Notes under the pieces: model-generated | Database searches by the model: none | What the model was told of the DNA's origin: nothing | Seen by the model: the letters and a program-made list of their open reading frames with translations, nothing else | Made by a program: the position numbers and the translations under genes | Part shown: one piece after another, positions 19,664 to 31,576 of the stretch | Layout: each line of letters starts with the position of its first letter | Numbering within the stretch: the first letter of the stretch is position 1 | Assembly: GCA_963665095.1 (NCBI GenBank) | Contig: OY762069.1 | Location: forward strand, 3,136,001 to 3,200,000 | DNA from: an uncultured Desulfobacter sp. | GTDB lineage: Bacteria > Desulfobacterota > Desulfobacteria > Desulfobacterales > Desulfobacteraceae | Length of the DNA: 64,000 bases | Direction of reading: 5' to 3'

Positions 19664-22426
19664 TTGCCACACCCATTGGTTACATTACCCAACATTCGGC
19701 ATCTGAAATTCAGGAACAAGCTGCTGCTCTCCTTTGTCATTGTTTTTGTTCCTTTAATTCTTATATCCAAAATTCTTGTTTTTGTGCAAAGCCAGAAGTT
19801 TCTGGAAGCAGGCATTGAAAAGGAATTAAATCAGAGTTCAACCTTTCTGACAGACCTGATTCACACCGCTGCGGAGCTCAGCATAAAAAACAGGTTAAAG
19901 GCAATTGCTGAAAAAAATTTAGAGATCGTTGAGTATTTCTACTCTAAACACCGATCCGGCCTGCTGTCCCGCCAGCAGACCCTGACAACCATTGAGGAGA
20001 TCTTCAACGTTCAGTCCATTGGCATCAGCGGCTATATTTACTGTATTAACTCCAAAGGGAAAATCCTCTTTCATCCGGATCATCAGATGATTGGTCAGGA
20101 TATATCCAATCTTAATTTTGTTAAGGATATAATAAAAATGAAAGATGGATATCTGGAATATCAATGGAAGAAATCGCCAACTGATGACCATATGTATCCC
20201 AAAGCAGCGTTCATTACCTATTACAAGCCTTTAGACTGGATTATATGTGTTTCCTGTTACCGCAATGAGTATTCGCACTTACTGGACATCAGCGAGTTCA
20301 GCAACTATGTAAGCGCTTTCACACCTGAAGATACTGGATACGTATTTGTTATTGATGAAGACGGAACAGCGGTTATGCACCCTTTCCTCCAGGGCAAAAA
20401 TCTTTTAAAGCAACCAGAAGAATTTGCTGCTGTTATCAGACAAATGCTCACGGAAAAAAATGGAAAACTAAGGACCACATGGTCATTTACTCCCGAGGAC
20501 CCTCTCGGGGAGCAACTGGTAATATTCAGATATCTGCCACAGTATAAATGGATAGTCGGCGCTGCCAGTTATACGGATGAAACATCTTCACCCTTATCGG
20601 ACTTTTCAACATTGTTCACTCTTGACATTCTGTTTTTTTTGTTTGCTTTTCTTGGGCTGGCATATCTATTGTCTAGATCTGTTACAAAACCATTGGAAAA
20701 TTTTACCCAGGTTCTGAATAACAGCAAAGAGGGTGATTATTCAATCCGCCTGAACGATAATACCAGAGACGAAGTGGGCAGCCTTGCCAGGCATTTTAAT
20801 GCATTTATGATGCGTCTGGAAAAATTCCACAGTCAGTTGAAAGATGAAAGCCGAAAAACCATGGCTGCCCAAAACGCACTGATAGCAAATGAACTGAAAC
20901 GACAGGGGCTTTTTAACCAGTCTTCTCAGTTAATCTGCATCCTGTCTCCATACGGGATTCTGGAAGATATAAATGAAAGTCAGCTTGAGTTTGCCCAGTG
21001 CGGTTACACAGACCTGCTATACAAACCATACTGGGAAAGTCCATGGTGGCAGCACGATGATCAACGCAGAGAGGAAATAAAATCTTCCGTTGAAAAGGCG
21101 GCCGCCGGTCAGGCCTTACGTCTGGAAACCACTCATATTGATGGCAATGGTACAATACGAGATATTGATATATCAGTAAAACCAGTTTTTAACCACAATA
21201 AAGAGGTGGAATTCATCGTTACTGAGGCCAGGGATATCACGGAAATCAAACAGGGGGAGCAGGAACGACACACGCTGTTAATTCAATTGCAGAAAGCACA
21301 GAAGATGGAAGCCATAGGAACCCTGGCTGGCGGTATTGCCCATGATTTTAATAATATTTTGTCCAGTATTTTCGGGTACGCCCAGTTGGCTCAAATGACC
21401 CTGGATAATCCGGAAAAGCTAAAAAATCACATGAGTCAAATTCTTAAGGGGGCGCAGCGGGCATCTGATCTTGTTAAACAAATTTTAACTTTCAGCCGGC
21501 AGTCAGATAATGAAAAACATCCTTTAAAATTGCATTTGGTAGTTAAAGAAGCTCTCAAGCTTCTCAGGTCTTCCATTCCCACTACCATTGATATTGTTAC
21601 CAAGGTGGATACCAAGGAGATGATAAATGCAGATCCCACCCAGATGCACCAGATGATAATGAATCTATGCACTAATGCCTACCATGCCATGAAGGAAACT
21701 GGTGGGACCATGACCGTCAGTCTGACAAATACGGATCAGATTCAACCTGAACATCAAAACAAAGATTATCTCCGACGTGGACCATTTATGCGATTGATGG
21801 TGAGGGATACTGGACATGGTATGGATCAGCAGACGATTGAAAAAGCGTTTGACCCTTATTTCACAACCAAAGAAATGGGCCACGGTACCGGATTAGGGCT
21901 CGCCCTGGTAAAAGCCATTGTGGAAGACCATCAGGGAATATGCCATGTTGAAAGTATCTCCGGCCATGGCACCTCATTTTGTATTTATCTGCCTATTGTA
22001 TATAAGAAAAAACCTGGGGAAACTGCCATAGATCTATCTGGAAACGACCATGAACAAGGCTGTGAAACGATAATGATCGTTGATGATGAGCCGGACATCT
22101 GTGCCCTGACTGAAGAACTTCTTAAAAAATTTGGATATACAGTTTATACATTTAGCGACGGGGAAAAAGCGTTTCATGCCTTTGATGAAGGCAAAATTAA
22201 TTTTGATATGGTGATCACGGATATGACAATGCCGGGAATGACCGGTGTTGCCTTGGCTGAATCCATTCTATCAAAAAACAATAATTTCCCGATAATATTG
22301 TGTTCCGGATATAACGAAACCATCAGCGAGGTTGAATTAAAAGAGATGGGAATCCGGGCTTTTTTTGAAAAACCCTTAGACACCAGGAAATTGATAGCAA
22401 CAATACAATCTGTGTTTAATAATTGA
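19664..22426 (+). CDS. Hybrid sensor histidine kinase (Cache, HAMP, PAS, HisKA, HATPase, REC)
   Basis: Two TM segments, AGGIAHDFNNIL, QMIMNLCTNA, FDPYFTTK, GTGLGL, C-terminal receiver; exact start uncertain. Confidence 0.92.
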   Translation: MPHPLVTLPNIRHLKFRNKLLLSFVIVFVPLILISKILVFVQSQKFLEAGIEKELNQSSTFLTDLIHTAAELSIKNRLKAIAEKNLEIVEYFYSKHRSGLLSRQQTLTTIEEIFNVQSIGISGYIYCINSKGKILFHPDHQMIGQDISNLNFVKDIIKMKDGYLEYQWKKSPTDDHMYPKAAFITYYKPLDWIICVSCYRNEYSHLLDISEFSNYVSAFTPEDTGYVFVIDEDGTAVMHPFLQGKNLLKQPEEFAAVIRQMLTEKNGKLRTTWSFTPEDPLGEQLVIFRYLPQYKWIVGAASYTDETSSPLSDFSTLFTLDILFFLFAFLGLAYLLSRSVTKPLENFTQVLNNSKEGDYSIRLNDNTRDEVGSLARHFNAFMMRLEKFHSQLKDESRKTMAAQNALIANELKRQGLFNQSSQLICILSPYGILEDINESQLEFAQCGYTDLLYKPYWESPWWQHDDQRREEIKSSVEKAAAGQALRLETTHIDGNGTIRDIDISVKPVFNHNKEVEFIVTEARDITEIKQGEQERHTLLIQLQKAQKMEAIGTLAGGIAHDFNNILSSIFGYAQLAQMTLDNPEKLKNHMSQILKGAQRASDLVKQILTFSRQSDNEKHPLKLHLVVKEALKLLRSSIPTTIDIVTKVDTKEMINADPTQMHQMIMNLCTNAYHAMKETGGTMTVSLTNTDQIQPEHQNKDYLRRGPFMRLMVRDTGHGMDQQTIEKAFDPYFTTKEMGHGTGLGLALVKAIVEDHQGICHVESISGHGTSFCIYLPIVYKKKPGETAIDLSGNDHEQGCETIMIVDDEPDICALTEELLKKFGYTVYTFSDGEKAFHAFDEGKINFDMVITDMTMPGMTGVALAESILSKNNNFPIILCSGYNETISEVELKEMGIRAFFEKPLDTRKLIATIQSVFNN

Positions 22427-22461
22427 CACGAATAGGCCAACAAAGAATATTGAGTATGTCC

Positions 22462-22509
22462 CAAAAAGAACAAAAGCTTTGACCAAGGTCAAAGCTTTTG
22501 TTCTTTTTG
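22462..22509. terminator. Bidirectional terminator between convergent kinase gene and rplQ
   Basis: Perfect 23-bp IR CAAAAAGAACAAAAGCTTTGACC-AA-GGTCAAAGCTTTTGTTCTTTTTG. Confidence 0.8.
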
Positions 22510-22528
22510 TATCCAGTTATCTGAATAT

Positions 22529-22885
22529 TTAATCAGTAATCAGTTCAATCTGGACCATAGGGGCAACATCACCTTTTCTTGGACCCAGTTTGGTAATCCT
22601 TGTGTAACCGCCCTGCCTTGAACTGAACTTCTCTGATACCTCTTCAAAAAGGCCATGAACAACATCTTTTTCACGAATCACCGCCAAAGCCTGACGTCTG
22701 GCATGCAGATCACCCCGTTTGGCCAAAGTGATCATTTTATCGGCTATTTTCCGCAGGCCTTTGGCCTTGGCTTCCGTGGTTTTGATGCTACTGTGTTTAA
22801 ACAGAGAAGTTACCATGTTCCGAAACATCGCCTTTCTATGGGCAGAGGTCCTGTTCAGCTTTAATACGGATTTTCTATGCTTCAT
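22529..22885 (-). CDS. rplQ: 50S ribosomal protein L17
   Basis: [23 protein letters not shown]. Confidence 0.98.
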   Translation of the reverse strand: MKHRKSVLKLNRTSAHRKAMFRNMVTSLFKHSSIKTTEAKAKGLRKIADKMITLAKRGDLHARRQALAVIREKDVVHGLFEEVSEKFSSRQGGYTRITKLGPRKGDVAPMVQIELITD

Positions 22886-22890
22886 GGTAT

Positions 22891-23913
22891 TTATTCTCCT
22901 TCCTGAATATTCTCATCACCGGGCGGCTCAATCCCTTCAAGGTCCATCCCGAGAGACAGATCCATTGAACTGAGAACTTCTTTGATTTCGTTAAGTGATT
23001 TTCGACCGAAATTTTTTGTCTTGAGCATCTCACTGTCAGTTTTCTGTACCAGCTGGTAGATTGTGTGAATTCTGGCATTTTTCAGACAATTGGAACTTCT
23101 GACAGAAAGCTCAAGTTCATCTACTGAACGGTAGATATTCTCGTTAAACCCTTTATCCTTATCATCGGTTTTAAGCTCTGAGTCATCCGGCTCAAGCTCT
23201 TCGTCAAAATTGATAAAAGGATTCATCTGCTCTTTAAGAATTTTAGCGCCATATGCAACAGCGTCATCTGGGGTAACACTGCCATCTGTCCAGACTTCGA
23301 GAGTGAGCTTGTCATAGTCAGTCTTCTGCCCTATTCGAGAAGTCCCCACAACGTATTTAACCCGTTTAATAGGCGAAAATACAGAGTCAATGGGGATGGT
23401 ACCGATGGGGGCGTCATCATCCTTATTGGAAGAAGCCAACGCATACCCCTTACCAGTCTTAACAACCATGACAATATTAAGTTTTCCGTTTTTATTGACC
23501 GTGGCAATGTGCTGCTCCGGATTCAATATTTTAACTTTTCCATCAGGACTGACAATATCTGCTCCCGTAACCTCGGCTTCACCAGTAACATTGAGGGTCA
23601 GAATCTTTTCCTCAGGATCATCCACTTTTAGTTTTAATTCCTTCAAGTTAAGAATAATCTCGGAAACGTCTTCCCTGATATCTGAAATAACGCTGTATTC
23701 GTGAAGTGCATCATCGAACTTAACGGAGACTATGGCTGCACCATAAATGGAGGATAGAATGATCCGCCGCAGCGAGTTACCAATGGTGATACCATATCCT
23801 CTTTCAAGGGGTTCACACACAAACTTGCCATAGGTGGAAGTTGTGGTAACATCAAGCTTTTCCGGCTTGATCATCTCTCGCCAGTTAACATATGCAAGAT
23901 TTTCAGATGACAT
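22891..23913 (-). CDS. rpoA: RNA polymerase subunit alpha
   Basis: [33 protein letters not shown]. Confidence 0.98.
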   Translation of the reverse strand: MSSENLAYVNWREMIKPEKLDVTTTSTYGKFVCEPLERGYGITIGNSLRRIILSSIYGAAIVSVKFDDALHEYSVISDIREDVSEIILNLKELKLKVDDPEEKILTLNVTGEAEVTGADIVSPDGKVKILNPEQHIATVNKNGKLNIVMVVKTGKGYALASSNKDDDAPIGTIPIDSVFSPIKRVKYVVGTSRIGQKTDYDKLTLEVWTDGSVTPDDAVAYGAKILKEQMNPFINFDEELEPDDSELKTDDKDKGFNENIYRSVDELELSVRSSNCLKNARIHTIYQLVQKTDSEMLKTKNFGRKSLNEIKEVLSSMDLSLGMDLEGIEPPGDENIQEGE

Positions 23914-23961
23914 TTAAATCTCCTGAATAAATTTTGGGTAAACCATAAAATTATGATGAAC

Positions 23962-24588
23962 CTATTTTGAATAGAGCTCGACGATCAACTGCTCCTGGAT
24001 GGGCAGCGCAATATCTTCCCTTGCCGGAAGACCTTTAACTTCGCCTTTGAAACTGTCTTTGTTGACTTCAAGCCACTGGGGCATACCACGTCTTACAATG
24101 GCATCCAGGGAATCAGCAATAGCCTGAATATTTCTGCTTTTTTCACGAAGTTCAATAATATCACCTTTTTTAACCTGGTAGGAAGGGATATTTACTTTTT
24201 TACCGTTTACAGTGAAATGATTATGGCGCACAAAATGACGCCCCTGATTCCTTGAATTAACGAACCCTAGACGGAATACTGTATTATCCAAACGGGTTTC
24301 CAGCAGGATCAAGAGATTGGCACCAGTAATGCCTTTCTGTCGATCCGCTTTTTTAAAGGTGATTCTAAACTGTTTTTCTGATACGCCATAAATACGTTTA
24401 ACTTTCTGTTTTTCTCTGAGCTGCATGCCGTAGTCTGATTGTTTGGCACGTTTTTGGCCATGTTCGCCCGGGGGAAATCCTCTTCTGTCAAAGCTGCATT
24501 TATCTGAAAAACAACGGTCCCCTTTCAGGAACAATTTCATATTCTCGCGTCTGCATTGGCGGCAGACTGAACCTCTGTATCTTGCCAA
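23962..24588 (-). CDS. rpsD: 30S ribosomal protein S4
   Basis: [31 protein letters not shown] start after AGGAGG. Confidence 0.98.
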   Translation of the reverse strand: MARYRGSVCRQCRRENMKLFLKGDRCFSDKCSFDRRGFPPGEHGQKRAKQSDYGMQLREKQKVKRIYGVSEKQFRITFKKADRQKGITGANLLILLETRLDNTVFRLGFVNSRNQGRHFVRHNHFTVNGKKVNIPSYQVKKGDIIELREKSRNIQAIADSLDAIVRRGMPQWLEVNKDSFKGEVKGLPAREDIALPIQEQLIVELYSK

Positions 24589-24674
24589 GTTTCCTCCTTT
24601 ATCGATTTAGATAAAGTTTACACGTTTTAAACTCTTTCAGGATTGTAATTTTAAAATCAATCTAAAATAGTTAG

Positions 24675-25070
24675 TTATACCCGTCTTCTTTTAGGTGGAC
24701 GGCAGCCATTGTGAGGCACCGGGGTAACATCTTTGATCATAGAGATGTTGAACCCGAGTGCATGCAGTGCCCGGAGGGCTGATTCCCGGCCTGGACCAGG
24801 GCCTTTAACATATACACCAACGTTTTTCATACCGTGTTCCATAGCTTTTGCGCCAGCATCTTCTGCAACCAATTTAGCAGCAAAAGGTGTGGATTTTCTG
24901 GAACCCTTGAATCCCTGCATACCGGCTGAAGACCAGGAAATGGTATTCCCATTTTCATCTGCAATGGTAACAATGGTGTTGTTAAAGGTAGACTGAATGT
25001 GCACAATACCGGTTGATATGTTCTTTTTAACCCGCTTTTTGGCAACGACCTTTTTTGACTTTTTAGCCAT
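24675..25070 (-). CDS. rpsK: 30S ribosomal protein S11
   Basis: [30 protein letters not shown]. Confidence 0.98.
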   Translation of the reverse strand: MAKKSKKVVAKKRVKKNISTGIVHIQSTFNNTIVTIADENGNTISWSSAGMQGFKGSRKSTPFAAKLVAEDAGAKAMEHGMKNVGVYVKGPGPGRESALRALHALGFNISMIKDVTPVPHNGCRPPKRRRV

Positions 25071-25096
25071 AATTGTAATCCCTTTTTAAAAAATTC

Positions 25097-25465
25097 CTAC
25101 TTCTTCTTTTTCACTGCCGTGCGTTTGGGACCTTTTCTGGTTCTGGCATTAGTACTGGTCCGCTGCCCGTGGCAGGGCAGGCCTTTACGATGGCGCAGTC
25201 CCCGGTAACACCCAAGATCCATTAACCGCTTAATGTTCATGGATACTTCAGACCGAAGCTCACCTTCCACCTTGAATTCGGCATCAATAACTTTCCTGAT
25301 TTCATTGACCTGTTCTTCAGTCAGATCGTTTGCCCTGGTTGTCGGCTCAATGCCTGTTTGTTCAAGTATATGCATGGACCTGCTGCGCCCGATACCGTAG
25401 ATATAGGTTAAAGCGATCCACGCATGTTTATCTTTTGGTAAGTCTACTCCAGCTATACGTGCCAA
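25097..25465 (-). CDS. rpsM: 30S ribosomal protein S13
   Basis: [27 protein letters not shown]. Confidence 0.98.
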   Translation of the reverse strand: MARIAGVDLPKDKHAWIALTYIYGIGRSRSMHILEQTGIEPTTRANDLTEEQVNEIRKVIDAEFKVEGELRSEVSMNIKRLMDLGCYRGLRHRKGLPCHGQRTSTNARTRKGPKRTAVKKKK

Positions 25466-25479
25466 ATCTTTCTATCCTC

Positions 25480-25593
25480 CTATCCCTGACGCTGTTTATG
25501 GCGCTTGTTGACACAAATCACTCTAATAACACCGCGCCGCTTAATGATTTTACAGTCTCTGCAAATCTTTTTTACGGATGCTCTGACTTTCAT
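25480..25593 (-). CDS. rpmJ: 50S ribosomal protein L36 (not in ORF track)
   Basis: Manual translation [37 protein letters not shown]. Confidence 0.97.
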   Translation of the reverse strand: MKVRASVKKICRDCKIIKRRGVIRVICVNKRHKQRQG

Positions 25594-25654
25594 CTGACTA
25601 GCTCCTGTTTAGTTATTTTGATAACGTATCTGTTATCTTATCAACTTTTTATAT

Positions 25655-25873
25655 TTACTTATACCGGTAAGTGATCCTGCCCCGGCTTAAATCATAGGGT
25701 GAAATCTCAACTGTTACCCTGTCTCCGGGAAGTATTTTTATAAAATGCATTCTCATTTTCCCGGAAATATGAGCCAGAAGCACATGCTTGTTTTCCAGCT
25801 CTACCCTGAACATGGCATTGGGAAGTGTTTCAAGAACTTTACCATCCACTTTGATAGGCTCTTCTTTTGCCAT
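25655..25873 (-). CDS. infA: Translation initiation factor IF-1
   Basis: [29 protein letters not shown]. Confidence 0.98.
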   Translation of the reverse strand: MAKEEPIKVDGKVLETLPNAMFRVELENKHVLLAHISGKMRMHFIKILPGDRVTVEISPYDLSRGRITYRYK

Positions 25874-25907
25874 AATCTAAACTCTTCTCCTTTTCTGGAT
25901 GCGCGTA

Positions 25908-27227
25908 TCAGGACCGGCCCCTAATCCGTTTGCTCCCGGAACGTCCCATAAACCCGTCATAATTTCCTGTAATAAGATGGGATTCTATCTGGGAAATTGT
26001 GTCAATGGCAACACCTACGACAATTAACAGTGCTGTCCCGCCGAAATAAAACGGTACATTAAATTTATTCATAAGAATTGTGGGAAGCACACAAACCGCC
26101 GATACATATACTGCACCGCCCACTGTAATGCGTGTGAGCACTTTGTCAATATATTCGGCTGTACGCTTTCCAGGACGGATTCCCGGAATATACCCACCAT
26201 TCTTCTTCATATTCTCAGCAACATCTTCGGGGTTGAACTGAACTGCGGTATAAAAGAAGCAAAAAAATACGATAAAGCCGATATACAACAGGTAATACCA
26301 AACCGTTCCAGGACTGAATAGACCAGCCAGCGTCTGCATAACAGGCAGATTAATGAACTGGGCCAGGGTGGTGGGGAACATAATTATGGATGATGCAAAA
26401 ATAGGAGGTATAACACCTGAAGTATTGATCTTAAGCGGAAGATGTGAAGTCTGTCCGCCATACATTTTCCTTCCAACGACCCGCTTAGCATAATGTACCG
26501 GAATCCTGCGCTGGGCCTGCTCCATAAAAATAATGGCCGCCACAACCGCCACCATCACTAAAATAAGAATGATGGTTGAAAACAACCCCATCTCGCCTGT
26601 GCTGAGGAGACGTCCCATTTTAACGCCTGCAGCCGGCATATTAGCAACAATACCGGCAAAAATGATCAAAGAGATACCATTGCCGATGCCCCTTTCAGTG
26701 ATCTGCTCGCCAAGCCACATGATAAATGCGGTACCAGCTGTCAGCGTAATAATGGTAATCAGACGGAATCCCCACCCCGGATAGGGTACAATGGGAACAC
26801 CTGCCGGAGATGTCATTGACTCAAGGCCCACGGCAATACCAAAGCCCTGGATAATACTTAGCACAACGGTACCATAACGGGTGTACTGGGTTTTCTTTTT
26901 CCGGCCAGCATCCCCTTCCTTTTTCAGTTGCTCAAGATGGGGAATAACCACGGTCATCAGTTCCAAGATAATGGAGGCACTAATGTAAGGCATAATACCG
27001 AGAGCAAAAATAGACAGCCTTTCAAGCGCCCCTCCTGAAAACATGTTAAACATAGAAAACAAAGTACCTGAAGCCGATGCAAAAAAGGACTCCAAGGCGG
27101 CTCCGTCAATGCCGGGAGTGGGTACGTGCACACCAACCCGGTAGACAAAAAGCAGCCCGAGAGTCACTAATATTTTGCGCTTGAGTTCCGGCAGTTTGAG
27201 CATATTCTGATAGCTGTTCTGAATCAT
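25908..27227 (-). CDS. secY: Preprotein translocase subunit SecY
   Basis: [34 protein letters not shown]. Confidence 0.98.
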   Translation of the reverse strand: MIQNSYQNMLKLPELKRKILVTLGLLFVYRVGVHVPTPGIDGAALESFFASASGTLFSMFNMFSGGALERLSIFALGIMPYISASIILELMTVVIPHLEQLKKEGDAGRKKKTQYTRYGTVVLSIIQGFGIAVGLESMTSPAGVPIVPYPGWGFRLITIITLTAGTAFIMWLGEQITERGIGNGISLIIFAGIVANMPAAGVKMGRLLSTGEMGLFSTIILILVMVAVVAAIIFMEQAQRRIPVHYAKRVVGRKMYGGQTSHLPLKINTSGVIPPIFASSIIMFPTTLAQFINLPVMQTLAGLFSPGTVWYYLLYIGFIVFFCFFYTAVQFNPEDVAENMKKNGGYIPGIRPGKRTAEYIDKVLTRITVGGAVYVSAVCVLPTILMNKFNVPFYFGGTALLIVVGVAIDTISQIESHLITGNYDGFMGRSGSKRIRGRS

Positions 27228-27253
27228 CGGTACTTTCCTTATGCCTTTCTAAC

Positions 27254-27691
27254 TTACTCTACGCTGCCGCCGGCAGTTTCAATTTTTTCTTTAGCAGCTT
27301 TGGAAACCAAAATATTTTTAAGTTCAAATCTTTTGGTTACCTCCCCCTCGCCAAGAATTTTCACGCCGTCAATCTGTCCTTTGACGAGACCTACCTCTTT
27401 GAGAACATCTTCCGTTATTTGAGCGCCATCATCAAAGCGATCAAGATCCCGGACATTAAGAACAGCATTATGAGTCCTGAAGGCATAATTCTTAAATCCG
27501 CGTTTGGGCAGTCGCCTGTAAATTGGCATCTGTCCGCCTTCAAAACCGGGGCGTACAGTTCCGCCTGAACGGGCTTTAAGCCCCTTGTGACCCTTGGTTG
27601 AGGTCTTTCCCATTCCGGAGCCAGGACCACGACCGATTCTTTTTCTATTTTTTCTGCTTCCTGGCGCGGGAGCCAGATCATGTAACTGCAT
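27254..27691 (-). CDS. rplO: 50S ribosomal protein L15
   Basis: GRGPGSG, FEGGQMP..RRLPKRGF. Confidence 0.98.
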   Translation of the reverse strand: MQLHDLAPAPGSRKNRKRIGRGPGSGMGKTSTKGHKGLKARSGGTVRPGFEGGQMPIYRRLPKRGFKNYAFRTHNAVLNVRDLDRFDDGAQITEDVLKEVGLVKGQIDGVKILGEGEVTKRFELKNILVSKAAKEKIETAGGSVE

Positions 27692-27692
27692 C

Positions 27693-27875
27693 CTAAACCT
27701 CCTCTACTTTCACCAGGTGTGAAACCTTTTTTACCTGCCCCATAATCACCGGGGTGTTATCATGCTCGACTGTGTAGTGCATTCTTTTGATGCCAAGGGA
27801 GCGAACAATCCGTCCGTGTTTTGCAGGACGGCCAATGGTGCTTTTTATCTGGGTAATTCTGATTCTATCAGCCAT
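27693..27875 (-). CDS. rpmD: 50S ribosomal protein L30
   Basis: ITQIKSTIG, LGIKR, KVSHLV; position between rpsE and rplO. Confidence 0.96.
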   Translation of the reverse strand: MADRIRITQIKSTIGRPAKHGRIVRSLGIKRMHYTVEHDNTPVIMGQVKKVSHLVKVEEV

Positions 27876-27886
27876 TTTCAGCCTCT

Positions 27887-28387
27887 TTAAATTTCTTCAG
27901 GTTTGAGCCCGCGTTTTTTGGCGACTTCCTCCTTGGTGCACAGGGACTGGAGACCGGCCATAGTCGCTCTTACAATATTCTGGGTGTTGTGGGAACCGAT
28001 GCATTTCGTCAGAATATCAGTGACACCGGCTGCCTCAAGGACAGCACGGATTCCGCCACCGGCAATAAGCCCTGTACCGGGAGATGCGGGTTTCAAAAGA
28101 ACCCTGCCTGAGCCGGCATGGCCCACAACTTCAAAGGGAACCGTTCCGTTCAGAATTGCCACCTTTTTCATATTCCGTTTGGCTTTCTCCATTCCCTTTC
28201 TGATGGCTTCAGGAACTTCCTGAGCCTTGCCCAGTCCGTATCCCACGCTGCCTTCACCATCGCCGACCACAACAAGGGCAGTAAAGGTAAAGTTTCGGCC
28301 GCCTTTAACGACCTTTGCAACACGGTTGATCCTGACAACCTTATCTATCAGACCTGTATCTTCCATCTGCTGTTGTTGTCTTGCCAA
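27887..28387 (-). CDS. rpsE: 30S ribosomal protein S5
   Basis: [24 protein letters not shown]. Confidence 0.98.
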   Translation of the reverse strand: MARQQQQMEDTGLIDKVVRINRVAKVVKGGRNFTFTALVVVGDGEGSVGYGLGKAQEVPEAIRKGMEKAKRNMKKVAILNGTVPFEVVGHAGSGRVLLKPASPGTGLIAGGGIRAVLEAAGVTDILTKCIGSHNTQNIVRATMAGLQSLCTKEEVAKKRGLKPEEI

Positions 28388-28403
28388 GGGTGTTCCTCCT
28401 TAA

Positions 28404-28772
28404 TTAGAATTCAAGACCGGCTTCCCGGGCCCCGTCTGAAAGTGCTTTGATACGTCCGTGATACAGGAAACCGTTCCGGTCGAAAACAACCTTTTTAATT
28501 CCTTTATCCAGTGCCCTTTTGCCGATGAGGCTACCCACCGCCTTTGCAACGTCCCGTTTTTTCCCTTCAACCGGTGCGTCTTTGTAATCTTTATCAAGCG
28601 TGGATGCCGCAACAAGAGTTGTGCCCTTGGTATCATCTATAATCTGGGCATAAATATGCTTGGTACTTCTGAAAACGCTGAGTCTTGGACGGTCCTGAGT
28701 CCCGAGCATATTTTTTCTAATCCGTTTTTTTCTCTTAAGCCGTGCTAACAGCCTTGGTGATGTATTTGCCAT
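28404..28772 (-). CDS. rplR: 50S ribosomal protein L18
   Basis: [21 protein letters not shown]. Confidence 0.98.
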   Translation of the reverse strand: MANTSPRLLARLKRKKRIRKNMLGTQDRPRLSVFRSTKHIYAQIIDDTKGTTLVAASTLDKDYKDAPVEGKKRDVAKAVGSLIGKRALDKGIKKVVFDRNGFLYHGRIKALSDGAREAGLEF

Positions 28773-28790
28773 AATCTATATTTCCCACCT

Positions 28791-29333
28791 TTAATCTTTA
28801 CCAGCAGTTTTGCCTGCTTTTCTGATGATTCTTTCGTCAGCATACATGATGCCTTTGCCCTTGTAAGGCTCGGGAGGTCTTATAGCTCTTATGTTTGCCG
28901 CTGCCTGGCCTAAAAGCTCTTTATCTATACTGGTAAGGGTGACTTCAACGTTTTTATCCACTGCAGCGGTCACGCCGTCGGGCAGTAAAAAATCCACTGG
29001 ATTTGAGTATCCCACGGACAGTACCAGGCTTGTCCCTTTGGTTTCCGCACGATAACCAATACCTGAGAGCAATAGTTTTTTCTCATAGCCCTGGGTTACA
29101 CCGTGAACCATATTGAAAATTAGGGATCGGTAAAGCCCCTGCAGTGCTACTTTCTTTTTGTCTGAGGTGTCGGTGCTAACCGTCAACACAGCATTATCAA
29201 TTTCAACATTTACCGCCGGATGCAGCTTGCGATCAAGACTGCCTTTAGGCCCTTTGACATTAATTGTATCGCCATCAAGGGTAATTTGAACCTTATCTGG
29301 AAGCTGGACCGGCATTTTTCCTATTCTTGACAT
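28791..29333 (-). CDS. rplF: 50S ribosomal protein L6
   Basis: MSRIGK, RPPEPYKGKG. Confidence 0.98.
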   Translation of the reverse strand: MSRIGKMPVQLPDKVQITLDGDTINVKGPKGSLDRKLHPAVNVEIDNAVLTVSTDTSDKKKVALQGLYRSLIFNMVHGVTQGYEKKLLLSGIGYRAETKGTSLVLSVGYSNPVDFLLPDGVTAAVDKNVEVTLTSIDKELLGQAAANIRAIRPPEPYKGKGIMYADERIIRKAGKTAGKD

Positions 29334-29348
29334 TTCATAGCTCCTGTC

Positions 29349-29747
29349 TTACCAAACGTTACAAAGAATTTCACCGCCGAGGTTCGCCTCTCTTGCCTGT
29401 TTGTCGGTCATCAACCCCTTGGATGTTGAGATGATGGAAATACCCAGGCCATTTAAAACCGGCTTAATATTTTTTGATTTTGAGTAAACCCTGCAGGAAG
29501 GTTTGCTCACGCGCTGTATACCAAAGATCGTCGGGTTGCCTTCAGACACATATTTCAGGTATACCCGAAGTACACCCTGTGTTTCATTTTCAAGAAATTT
29601 GTAGTCTTTGATATACCCTTGTTCCTTCAGCACCCGCACCACCTCAACTTTCACTTTTGATCCGGGGATATCCACCTTGGACAGACCTGCATTGCCACCG
29701 TTTCTGATGATGGTCAGCATATCTGCAATGGGATCACTTGTTGCCAT
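29349..29747 (-). CDS. rpsH: 30S ribosomal protein S8
   Basis: DPIADMLT, STSKGLMT, GGEILC. Confidence 0.98.
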   Translation of the reverse strand: MATSDPIADMLTIIRNGGNAGLSKVDIPGSKVKVEVVRVLKEQGYIKDYKFLENETQGVLRVYLKYVSEGNPTIFGIQRVSKPSCRVYSKSKNIKPVLNGLGISIISTSKGLMTDKQAREANLGGEILCNVW

Positions 29748-29803
29748 TTGTCATTCTCCTTAAATCAGCTGATATTTAATCGTATTTTTAGAATCTGAAA
29801 ATT

Positions 29804-29989
29804 TTACCAGGAAGACTTGGTAACGCCAGGCAGTTTGCCTTGGGATGCAAGTGTTCTGAAGCAGATTCTGCAAATACCAGCTTTTCTGATAAATGCTCTG
29901 GGTCTACCGCATAAAGGGCACCTATTGTAAGCCCGCACACCAAATTTGGGTTTCCTTTGTGCCTTTGCGATTAAAGCTTTTTTAGCCAA
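29804..29989 (-). CDS. rpsN: 30S ribosomal protein S14 (zinc-binding type Z)
   Basis: [23 protein letters not shown]. Confidence 0.97.
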   Translation of the reverse strand: MAKKALIAKAQRKPKFGVRAYNRCPLCGRPRAFIRKAGICRICFRTLASQGKLPGVTKSSW

Positions 29990-30010
29990 ACGATCTTCCT
30001 CCTTCGGTCC

Positions 30011-30550
30011 TTAGTTTTTAAAGGGCATTCCCATTAGTTTGAGGAACGCTTTTCCTTCTTCATCGGTTTGAGCTGTGGTGACAACCGTTACATTGAGGCC
30101 CTTGATGGCATCGGTCTTATCATAATCAATTTCAGGGAAAATGATATGCTCGGTAATGCCAAGGCTGTAGTTGCCGCGGCCGTCGAATGCTTTCCCTGAA
30201 ATCCCGCGGAAGTCCCTGACACGGGGGAGTGCGATGTTGATCAGTCTGTCAAGAAAGTCATACATCTTCTCTCTCCGAAGAGTAACTTTACAACCAATGG
30301 GCAGATCCGCACGCAGCTTAAAGTTCGCGATTGGTTTTTTGGCCCTTGTGATAACAGCTTTCTGTCCCGCAATCAATCCGAGTTCCTGGGCAGCTGTTTC
30401 AACAATTTTCGGATTTCGGACTGCTTCTCCAAGCCCCATATTCAGTACAATCTTTTCCAACTTGGGCACCTGGCATTGGTTGGTGTAGTTGAACTCCTTA
30501 GTTAATGCCGAGACAACTTCGTTGGTATACTTTTCCTTAAGCGTAGTCAT
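30011..30550 (-). CDS. rplE: 50S ribosomal protein L5
   Basis: [23 protein letters not shown]. Confidence 0.98.
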   Translation of the reverse strand: MTTLKEKYTNEVVSALTKEFNYTNQCQVPKLEKIVLNMGLGEAVRNPKIVETAAQELGLIAGQKAVITRAKKPIANFKLRADLPIGCKVTLRREKMYDFLDRLINIALPRVRDFRGISGKAFDGRGNYSLGITEHIIFPEIDYDKTDAIKGLNVTVVTTAQTDEEGKAFLKLMGMPFKN

Positions 30551-30571
30551 TTATTTTCTCCGGATGTGGGT

Positions 30572-30892
30572 TTATGCGTCTATCTGGTTATCACACTTCT
30601 TGCAGACTCTAACCCGTTTTCCATCTTCCAGCTGTTTGATACCGATACGGGTCGGCTTCACACAGGAGTTGCACATAAGCATAAGGTTAGACACATCCAT
30701 GGGCATTGGTTTTTCAACAATTCCGCCCTGGGGATTTGCCTGGGAAGGACGCTGATGAACCTTTACCATGTTGATATTTTCAACAACGATCCGGTTGGTC
30801 TTTTTTACGACCTTCAGCACCTTGCCGATCTTACCTTTATCCTTGCCGGTCAATACTTTGACTTTATCGTCTTTTTTAATTCTTATTTTCAT
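30572..30892 (-). CDS. rplX: 50S ribosomal protein L24
   Basis: KOW motif VKVLTGKDKGKIG. Confidence 0.98.
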   Translation of the reverse strand: MKIRIKKDDKVKVLTGKDKGKIGKVLKVVKKTNRIVVENINMVKVHQRPSQANPQGGIVEKPMPMDVSNLMLMCNSCVKPTRIGIKQLEDGKRVRVCKKCDNQIDA

Positions 30893-30918
30893 GGCTGATA
30901 TTCTCCTTGACCTAAGCC

Positions 30919-31287
30919 CTAAAGCACGTCAGGTGCAAGAGAAATGATCTTCATAAAGCGTTTGGCGCGAAGTTCCCTTGCCACCGGGCCGAAAATACGG
31001 GTACCGACCGGTTCATGGTTCTTGTTGATTACGACGGCTGAATTATCATCAAAACGGATGGATGACCCGTCGGGCCTGGATATCTCTTTTTTTGTTCTGA
31101 CAATGACGGCCTGAACAACATCGCCTTTGCTGACCTTAGAATTGGGAATGGCCTCTTTTACGGAAACCACTATAATGTCTCCGATGGTGGCATACCTTCT
31201 TTTAGAGCCGCCAAGAACTTTGATGCAATACAGCTCCTTGGCGCCTGAGTTGTCAGCGACTGTCAGTCTGGTTTCACTTTGAATCAT
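30919..31287 (-). CDS. rplN: 50S ribosomal protein L14
   Basis: [20 protein letters not shown]. Confidence 0.98.
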   Translation of the reverse strand: MIQSETRLTVADNSGAKELYCIKVLGGSKRRYATIGDIIVVSVKEAIPNSKVSKGDVVQAVIVRTKKEISRPDGSSIRFDDNSAVVINKNHEPVGTRIFGPVARELRAKRFMKIISLAPDVL

Positions 31288-31305
31288 TATTCAACTCCTT
31301 AGACA

Positions 31306-31566
31306 CTAGACCGCTTTTTTAACAATTTCAGTGACCCGAAACCGTTTGTGCTTGCTCAGCGGCCTGGTTTCGATAATTTTGACTTCGTCACCAATCCGGC
31401 ACTCATTCTTCTCATCATGGGCATGGTATTTTTTGTACTGCTTGATGTATTTTTTATACACCTTGTGCTGTACAAATCTTTCAACCCTGACCACCACGGA
31501 CTTATCCATTTGGTCAGACACGATCTGACCAATCAGCTCTTTTTTATTTCTTATTTTATTTTCCAT
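31306..31566 (-). CDS. rpsQ: 30S ribosomal protein S17
   Basis: SDQMDKS, HDE, ETRPLSK. Confidence 0.98.
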   Translation of the reverse strand: MENKIRNKKELIGQIVSDQMDKSVVVRVERFVQHKVYKKYIKQYKKYHAHDEKNECRIGDEVKIIETRPLSKHKRFRVTEIVKKAV

Positions 31567-31576
31567 ATCGATACTC

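Noticed and set aside
24589..24674. AT-rich stems upstream of rpsD as an S4 leader
   Set aside because: Stems (TTTAGAT/ATCTAAA, TTTTAAA/TTTAAAA) are almost all A-T and expected by chance at this composition.
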